The translations under genes and the position numbers were made by a program. The notes below the pieces were generated by a model. The model was not told the DNA's origin, did not search any database, and saw nothing but the letters and a program-made list of their open reading frames with translations. Source: Collinsella sp. (GTDB lineage: Bacteria; Actinomycetota; Coriobacteriia; Coriobacteriales; Coriobacteriaceae). Taken from it: a stretch of 64,000 bases of DNA. Positions 57,995 to 64,000 of the stretch are shown here, piece after piece. Each line of letters begins with the position of its first letter. Within the stretch, counting starts at the first letter, position 1. The stretch lies in NCBI GenBank assembly GCA_048430645.1, contig DBFOME010000039.1, forward strand, positions 432 to 64,431, in the 5' to 3' direction.

Positions 57995-58798
57995 ATGGCC
58001 CAAGCCACCAACCGCGCTTTTGCCGACGAACGCCGTACCGCCATTATGGAAATGCTCGATCATAATGCCTCGGTGCAGGTAGCAGAAATCGCCCAGACCT
58101 TTGGCGTGTCCTCCGTCACCGCCCGCGCCGACCTGGACGCGCTCGCCGAAGCAGGCAAGCTGCGCCGCACGCACGGCGGTGCCGTATCACTCCACAAACG
58201 TCTGACCGTCTCCACGCAGGATCGCCGCATCAATGTCAACGTCGCCGCCAAGCAGGCCATCGCGCAAAGCGCCATCGAGCTCGTCAATGACGGCGACACG
58301 CTGCTCGTCGACTCGGGCACCACGGCGCTCGAGTTCGTCCGGCTCCTCGATCAGCGCGACGGTATCACCGTCATCACGGCCGACATTACCATTGCCGATT
58401 ACATCGACGAGAGCATGCCCTCAGTCGATGTCGTCATGCTGGGCGGGGCGCTGCGCAAAGGCCATCGTTATTTGTACGGACCGCTCACTATGCAGGCGCT
58501 CCAAATGGTCCATGCCGATCTGGCCGTCATGTGCCCCGGCGCCTTTGTCCCCAGCTGCGGCTTTACGACCGACTTTCCCCAGATGGCCGAGACCAAAACG
58601 GCTATGATCGCCGCGGCCCATCAAAGCGTCGCCCTCATGGACGCCAGCAAGGTTAACGGACGCGGCATGTACCGCTTTGCCGAGCTTGCCGATGTCGACT
58701 CCATCGTGATGGACCGTGACCCCGACCATGCCGTCGCCACCTCGATCGCCGAGGCCACTGACAGCCCACGTCCAGCCCTCGTCATCGCCGGCGCTTAA
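57995..58798 (+). CDS. DeoR family transcriptional regulator
   Basis: N-terminal HTH RRTAIMEMLDHNASVQVAEIAQTFGVSSVTARADLDAL and a DeoRC sensor domain (LLVDSGTT). Start ATG 57995; alternative at 57938. Confidence 0.8.
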   Translation: MAQATNRAFADERRTAIMEMLDHNASVQVAEIAQTFGVSSVTARADLDALAEAGKLRRTHGGAVSLHKRLTVSTQDRRINVNVAAKQAIAQSAIELVNDGDTLLVDSGTTALEFVRLLDQRDGITVITADITIADYIDESMPSVDVVMLGGALRKGHRYLYGPLTMQALQMVHADLAVMCPGAFVPSCGFTTDFPQMAETKTAMIAAAHQSVALMDASKVNGRGMYRFAELADVDSIVMDRDPDHAVATSIAEATDSPRPALVIAGA

Positions 58799-58857
58799 AC
58801 AAAAACCACCACAAAGGTCTCCTTTGTGGTGGTTGAGCATCAGAAGTGAATGTGTCG

Positions 58858-60018
58858 CTACTTGGACAGCTCGTCGGCGAGAACCTCGATCTGAGCGCGC
58901 GAGGCGTCGTTGAGCGAGCCCAGCACGGTCACCTTGTTCTGCGCCAGGGTGATGTCCTTCATGCCCTCGAGTTCCTTGGTCATAACCTTGGCAGCGGTGG
59001 GCGCCCAGGAGCCGGCCTCAACGAGCGCCACCGTACGGTTCTGATAGGCGTGCTCGGCAAGCGTGTGGATAAAGGTGCTCATGAACGGGAAGATCTCGCC
59101 CTGATAGGTGATGGAAGCGAGCACCAGACGGTCATAGCGGAACGCATCCTCAACGGCCTCGGCCATGTCGTCGCGAGCCAAGTCAAAGACGGAAACCTTC
59201 TGGCCGCGGGCCTCGAGCGCAGATGCAAGCTCCTCAACGGCGGCCTTCAGATGGCCGTACACGCTCGCATAGGCAATCGTGATGCCCTCGTCCTCGGGCT
59301 GATAGCTCGACCAGGTGTTGTAGGTGTCGAGGTAATAGCCCAGATTCTCGGTAAGAACAGGACCATGGAGCGGACAGATGATCTGGATATCCAGATCGGC
59401 GGCCTTCTTGAGCACGGTCTGCACGAATTTGCCGAACTTACCGACGATGCCAAAGTAGTAGCGGCGCGCTTCGCAAGCCCAGCCTTCCGGGTCCTCGATG
59501 TCGTTGGCGCCGAACTTGCCAAAGCCGTCGGCACTAAAGAGCACCTTGTCGGTGGACTCGTAGGAGAAGATCACCTCGGGCCAGTGCACGTTGGGGGCGC
59601 CGACAAACGTTAGGCTGTGGCCACCCAGGTCGAGCACGTCGCCCTCTTTGACGACCATCTTACGCTCGGGGTAGTCGGTGCCAAAGTAGTTGACCATCAT
59701 GCGGAAGGCGCCCATGCTGGCCACAATCTGTGCCTGGGGATAGCGCTCCATAAAGGCGGCGATACCGGCGGAGTGATCGGGCTCCATGTGATGGACGACC
59801 AGGTAGTCGGGCGTACGGCCATCGAGCACGGCCTCGAGGTTGCCGAGCCACTCGTCAACAAAACCGCCGTCGACCGAATCGGCGACAGCGATTTTATCGC
59901 CCAAGATAACATAGCTGTTGTATGCCATGCCGTTCTCGGACACGTCGTACTGGCCCTCGAACAGGTCAATGTCGTGATCGTCGACACCGATGTAGCGGAT
60001 ATCCTTGGTGATCTCCAT
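58858..60018 (-). CDS. fprA: FprA-type flavodiiron protein (metallo-beta-lactamase plus flavodoxin domains)
   Basis: Diiron motif HHMEPDHSAG and a C-terminal flavodoxin-like domain. AGGAGG SD before ATG 60018. Confidence 0.8.
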   Translation of the reverse strand: MEITKDIRYIGVDDHDIDLFEGQYDVSENGMAYNSYVILGDKIAVADSVDGGFVDEWLGNLEAVLDGRTPDYLVVHHMEPDHSAGIAAFMERYPQAQIVASMGAFRMMVNYFGTDYPERKMVVKEGDVLDLGGHSLTFVGAPNVHWPEVIFSYESTDKVLFSADGFGKFGANDIEDPEGWACEARRYYFGIVGKFGKFVQTVLKKAADLDIQIICPLHGPVLTENLGYYLDTYNTWSSYQPEDEGITIAYASVYGHLKAAVEELASALEARGQKVSVFDLARDDMAEAVEDAFRYDRLVLASITYQGEIFPFMSTFIHTLAEHAYQNRTVALVEAGSWAPTAAKVMTKELEGMKDITLAQNKVTVLGSLNDASRAQIEVLADELSK

Positions 60019-60147
60019 CAGGCAAAGCCTCCTAGATAGACAAAAGAACCCGTCTATCATAACACTCGCCTTCATAGCCACGGCTATCCGTCAGCATCCA
60101 TACCGATTGTTATTGAAATGCAATAAATCGCTGTTTACCTGCACAAA

Positions 60148-61179
60148 CTATGCGTGCGGTATCGCCGTGCTATGTCGAATAATGAGCTGGCCGGGAATAC
60201 GGATGGCAACGGTTTTGCCCGCCGTACCCGCCTCGGGAACCGCATGCTCAAACACCTCGCGTCCGCGCTGATGTAGATCGAATCGCACGGTCGTGAGCTC
60301 GTTGTGTGCCACAAAATCATCGAGCGAATCGTCGACGCCCACCACGCTCACGTCCTCGGGCACGCGCAGGCCGCTATCACGCAGCGCGGCAATCGCGCCG
60401 TTTGCCATCTGGTCGTTTGCCGCGTAAATCGCCGTCATGGTGTGATCGTGCTCGGCCAGGTGCCTGCCGGCCTCGTAGCCGCTGTTGGCAGACCAGTCGC
60501 CCTCGAGCGGCTCTGCCGGCTCGATGTGTTTACGCTCGAGTGCATCCTGCCAACCGGCGCGACGAAATTGTTCGTCGACTGAGAACGACGGGCCGCCAAT
60601 ATAGCGAATCTGCTCGTGCCCCAGCTCAAACAGGTGATCCATAAGCAAGAGCGAGCAGCCGTAATGATCGGAGTCGACCGTGGTCACCCGCGGGTGCGCG
60701 TACATGGTGACGATAACCGTGCCAATGCCCGGCAGTGGATCAAACGTCTCAAAATCGGGCGCCATGCGGCTCATGCCGATGATGATGCCGTCCACCGGCA
60801 ATGCGGCCATACGACGCGTGGCCTCGGCAAGCGAAAACTCCTCGGTCTTGGACATCTCGACCAGCGTGATGGCACAATTATGCTCGCGAGCAGCGCTGGC
60901 GATGCCGTCGATCATTGAGAGGTTGCCAAACTTGGTGACATCGTTGACGCATAGGCCAACCGAATGGTATCGACCGTCGCGCAGCGAGCGACCGGCATAA
61001 CTCGGACGAAAGCCGAGCTCTCGCATAGCGGACTGCACGCGCTGGCGCGTCTGCTCGTTAACGTTGGGCAAGCCGTTGGCGACGCGCGAAACCGTCTGCT
61101 GCGAAACGCCAGCAGCGCGGGCGACGTCGGCCATGGAGACCGGACGCGTACCTGTATCGTTGGACGGGCGCCTTGCCAC
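60148..61179 (-). CDS. galR: LacI/GalR family repressor, divergent from galK
   Basis: MADVARAAGVSQQTVSRVANG HTH plus a sugar-binding core. GTG 61179 (GAAGGTGA SD) or ATG 61134. Confidence 0.75.
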   Translation of the reverse strand: MARRPSNDTGTRPVSMADVARAAGVSQQTVSRVANGLPNVNEQTRQRVQSAMRELGFRPSYAGRSLRDGRYHSVGLCVNDVTKFGNLSMIDGIASAAREHNCAITLVEMSKTEEFSLAEATRRMAALPVDGIIIGMSRMAPDFETFDPLPGIGTVIVTMYAHPRVTTVDSDHYGCSLLLMDHLFELGHEQIRYIGGPSFSVDEQFRRAGWQDALERKHIEPAEPLEGDWSANSGYEAGRHLAEHDHTMTAIYAANDQMANGAIAALRDSGLRVPEDVSVVGVDDSLDDFVAHNELTTVRFDLHQRGREVFEHAVPEAGTAGKTVAIRIPGQLIIRHSTAIPHA

Positions 61180-61390
61180 AGGATCACCTTCACCCTTGCG
61201 AGATCTGAATAGCGTGAATGCCGGCCCGGGCAGGAGTTTAGCCCGCGCCGAGGCCCGCTATCGTCGGACGCATGTTAACGTACTCTACTTTTTCAATCCG
61301 CATCTCTTCTGCTTTATAAGTCCATACGACAATACCGTTCACGGCTGAATTTCTACCGATTACCAGATTCTCAAAAAGTGACAAGCGTTG

Positions 61391-61409
61391 TGTTATGAGT
61401 ACGTTAACA
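61391..61409. promoter_or_regulatory. GalR-type operator candidate, site A
   Basis: TGTTATGAGTACGTTAACA, the reverse complement of site B. A related copy ATGTTAACGTACTC is at 61272-61285. Confidence 0.5.
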
Positions 61410-61457
61410 TAGCCCGTAACGTGCGGTATCGTGAACACTTGGTTCACGCCGCTTCAA

Positions 61458-61478
61458 GTTGTTAACGTACTCATAACG
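61458..61478. promoter_or_regulatory. GalR-type operator candidate, site B
   Basis: GTTGTTAACGTACTCATAACG, 40 nt upstream of the galK ATG. Confidence 0.5.
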
Positions 61479-61517
61479 ACGCAAAACTCGCCCGTGCGCA
61501 CCAAGGAAAGGACTCCT

Positions 61518-62723
61518 ATGACCACCCCCGACGAAAAGACATTCGCCACGCTCACCAAACTGTTTGAGGAGGAGTTTGGCCCCATCGGCGACCGCCAGGT
61601 GCTCTATGTGCACGCGCCCGGCCGTTCCGAGATCAGTGGCAACCACACCGACCACGAGGGCGGCCACGTCATCGCCGGCTCGCTCGATGTCGCCGTTGAC
61701 GGCATTGCCGTAGCGACCGACACCAACAAGATTCGCGTCGCCGACGAGGGCTATCCCACGTTTGAGATCACGCTCGACACGCTGGGTATTCAAGAGTCCG
61801 AGAAGGGCACGTCTGCGAGCCTCGTCCGCGGCATGGCCCACGAAATCGCTGCTCTGGGCGTTGAGCCCCAGGGCTTCGACTTCGCCTTCACCTGCTCTGT
61901 CCCCTCGGGCGGCGGCCTTTCGAGCTCTGCTGCTGTCGAGGCGGCATACGGTCGCGCCATGGAGACGCTCTGGGGCGCACCCGCCATCGAGCCCGTCGCG
62001 CTCGCCCAGATGAGCCAGCGCACCGAGAACAACTACTATGGCAAGCCCTGCGGTCTGATGGACCAGGCCGCTGTGTGCCTGGGCGGCCTTGCCTACATGG
62101 ACTTTGAGGACCAGGCTCAGCCTAAAACCCAGAAGCTCGAGCTCAACTTTGAGGATCACGGCTATGCGCTCGTGCTCGTTAAGGTTGGTGCCGACCACGT
62201 GGCCGCCACCGACGATTACGCTGCCGTTCCGCGCGAGATGCAAGACGTCGCCGCCGAGTTTGGCAAGGCACGCCTGTGCGAGGTCGATGTTGCCGACTTT
62301 GACGCCAAGCTCCCCGAGCTGCGCGCCAAGCTGGGCGACCGCGCCTGCCTGCGCGCCGTTCACTACTGGTACGAGAACGGCCTGGTCGATAAGCGCTGGG
62401 CAGCCCTGAACGCCGGCGACATCGATCAGTTCCTGGTCCTGACGCGCGAGTCCGGCGCCAGCTCTGCCATGTACCTGCAGAATGTCGTTGCCAAGCTGGG
62501 CTCCGAGCAGCCTTCGATGTATGCCCTGGCGCTGGCCGAGCACGTGCTCGACGGCCGCGGCGCCGTTCGTATCCACGGTGGCGGCTTTGGTGGCACCATC
62601 CAGGCCTTCGTGCCGCTCGACCTGGTCGACACCTTCATCGCCAAGATGAACGGCTGGCTGGGCGAGGGCTCTGCCCGCCACTACGCAATTTCTGACAAGG
62701 GGGCTTACGCGGCATGGCTGTAA
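61518..62723 (+). CDS. galK: Galactokinase
   Basis: GRSEISGNHTDH and the GHMP motif PSGGGLSSSAA. AAGGAAAGGA SD before ATG 61518. Confidence 0.9.
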   Translation: MTTPDEKTFATLTKLFEEEFGPIGDRQVLYVHAPGRSEISGNHTDHEGGHVIAGSLDVAVDGIAVATDTNKIRVADEGYPTFEITLDTLGIQESEKGTSASLVRGMAHEIAALGVEPQGFDFAFTCSVPSGGGLSSSAAVEAAYGRAMETLWGAPAIEPVALAQMSQRTENNYYGKPCGLMDQAAVCLGGLAYMDFEDQAQPKTQKLELNFEDHGYALVLVKVGADHVAATDDYAAVPREMQDVAAEFGKARLCEVDVADFDAKLPELRAKLGDRACLRAVHYWYENGLVDKRWAALNAGDIDQFLVLTRESGASSAMYLQNVVAKLGSEQPSMYALALAEHVLDGRGAVRIHGGGFGGTIQAFVPLDLVDTFIAKMNGWLGEGSARHYAISDKGAYAAWL

Positions 62724-64000
62724 TGACTGACGTGCGCAAGGCTGTGCAGGGCCTCATCGAGTACGCTATTCACCGATCGATGATCGGACAGGACGACCGC
62801 ATCTGGGCCTACAACACCATTCTGGAGTGCATCGGTGCTACGGACCCGGCGCTCGACATGACCTGGGCGCTGCAGACCGAGAAACTATCGCTCTTACACC
62901 CCGATACGCTCCCCGACTTTGACCTTGAAGGCACGCTTGCCGCGCTTTCCGAGGCCGCCGTTGTCAACGGTGCCGCCGAGGACACGGCGTCGGGCCGCGA
63001 CCGCATCGCCATGCGCATCATGGGCATGCTCATGCCGAGGCCTTCGGTTGTAAACGAGGAGTTCAACGGACGCATGGGCGTCAACGAGCCCCGCGCCGCG
63101 ACTGACTGGTTCTACGGCCTGTGCTGCGACGCCGGCTACGTGCGCCGTGCCGCCATCGCGCGCAACATCAAATGGAACACCCCAACCAACTGGGGCGACC
63201 TGGAGATTACCATCAACCTGTCCAAGCCCGAGAAGGACCCGCGAGATATCGCTGTGGCAGGTACAGCCAAGAACACGGGCGAGAAGTATCCCGCCTGTCA
63301 GCTGTGCATCGAAAACGAGGGCTATCCCGGACGCTCCGCTGCAGCCGACGGCGGCGCTCACCCCGCCCGCCAGAATCTGCGCGTTATCCCCATCCAGCTC
63401 GACGGCGAGCGCTGGGGCTTCCAGTACAGCCCGTACGCGTACTTTAACGAGCACTGCATTGCCATGAGCTCCGAGCATCGTCCGATGCACGTCGACCGCA
63501 AGGGCCTGACCTGCCTGCTCGATTTTGTGGACCTGTTCCCGCATTACTTCATCGGCTCTAACGCCGACCTGCCCATCGTGGGCGGCTCGATCTTGTCGCA
63601 CGACCACTTCCAGGGCGGCGCGCACGAGTTCCCCATGATGCATGCCACCGAAGTCTCGCAGTTTAACGTGCCCGGCTTTGACCAGGTCAGCGGTACCGTG
63701 TTGCAGTGGCCGCTTTCGGTGCTGCGGCTGCGCTCGCACGACCGCGCCCAGCTGCTCGACGCCGCCGAGAAGATTATCCTCGCCTGGCGCGAGTGGACCG
63801 ATGAGTCGGTGGGCGTCATCGCGCACACAGCCGACGGCGTGGCGCACAACACCGTGACGCCCGTCATCCGCCGCGTCGACTCCCGCGGCAATGCCGGCGG
63901 CGAAATCTACGAGGCCTACCTGGCGCTTCGCTGCAACATCACGACCGACGAGCATCCGCTGGGCGTATTCCACCCGCATGCTGAGTACCACCATATTAAG
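62723..64000 (+). CDS. galT: Galactose-1-phosphate uridylyltransferase, type 2 (3-prime end beyond the window)
   Basis: TAATG overlap with galK. My own translation gives MTDVRKAVQGLIEYAIHRSMIGQDDRIWAYNTILE..., ...GDLEITINLSKPEKDPRDIA... and ...FHPHAEYHHIK at the window edge. The frame is open for all 426 codons. It is absent from the ORF track because no stop occurs in the window. Confidence 0.85.
   Translation, partial: MTDVRKAVQGLIEYAIHRSMIGQDDRIWAYNTILECIGATDPALDMTWALQTEKLSLLHPDTLPDFDLEGTLAALSEAAVVNGAAEDTASGRDRIAMRIMGMLMPRPSVVNEEFNGRMGVNEPRAATDWFYGLCCDAGYVRRAAIARNIKWNTPTNWGDLEITINLSKPEKDPRDIAVAGTAKNTGEKYPACQLCIENEGYPGRSAAADGGAHPARQNLRVIPIQLDGERWGFQYSPYAYFNEHCIAMSSEHRPMHVDRKGLTCLLDFVDLFPHYFIGSNADLPIVGGSILSHDHFQGGAHEFPMMHATEVSQFNVPGFDQVSGTVLQWPLSVLRLRSHDRAQLLDAAEKIILAWREWTDESVGVIAHTADGVAHNTVTPVIRRVDSRGNAGGEIYEAYLALRCNITTDEHPLGVFHPHAEYHHIK

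Overview
High-GC (about 60%) chromosomal window. The gene content and the several membrane-anchored LuxR regulators suggest an anaerobic Coriobacteriia-type actinobacterium such as Collinsella; this taxon call is inference only. I found no rRNA, tRNA, CRISPR array, transposase or integrase. Many ORF-track starts are alternative start codons upstream of a better SD plus ATG, so starts were re-picked by reading the sequence. Long antisense ORFs opposite recognisable genes were treated as high-GC shadow ORFs.

Gene content, left to right:
- asd and aspartokinase (minus), divergent from thrC-thrB.
- A 2.5-kb low-GC islet holding four small genes.
- engB, mtnN, a membrane-anchored class-A beta-lactamase-like hydrolase, pflA and a DegV protein.
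- A sucrose regulon: GH32 hydrolase, PTS EIIBC, a second GH32 and a LacI repressor with operators.
- A pyruvate formate-lyase split into a 683-aa core ORF and a separate 83-aa glycyl-radical ORF.
- KdgT permease plus an SDR, then a MarR plus heterodimeric ABC exporter operon, then a class-I DAHP synthase.
- An approximately 19-kb LuxR-rich amine/guanidino catabolic island: two Amidohydro_3 enzymes, two agmatine-deiminase paralogs, two APC permeases, putrescine carbamoyltransferase, a MATE pump, GNAT, a decayed kinase and four LuxR regulators.
- A BceAB-like ABC pair, a NUDIX-Vsr fusion, AraC, a HAD phosphatase, class-II aldolase, DeoR, a flavodiiron protein, and galR-galK-galT (galT runs off the window).

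Most noteworthy observations:
1. A PARP/ART-signature (DUF3990-like) gene translationally coupled to an HTH partner in the low-GC islet. This is a candidate toxin/defence-type module.
2. The naturally split PFL.
3. Two families of structured intergenic repeats with covarying stems.
4. A Cys-rich 60-codon upstream ORF overlapping an APC permease start.
5. The NUDIX-Vsr fusion.
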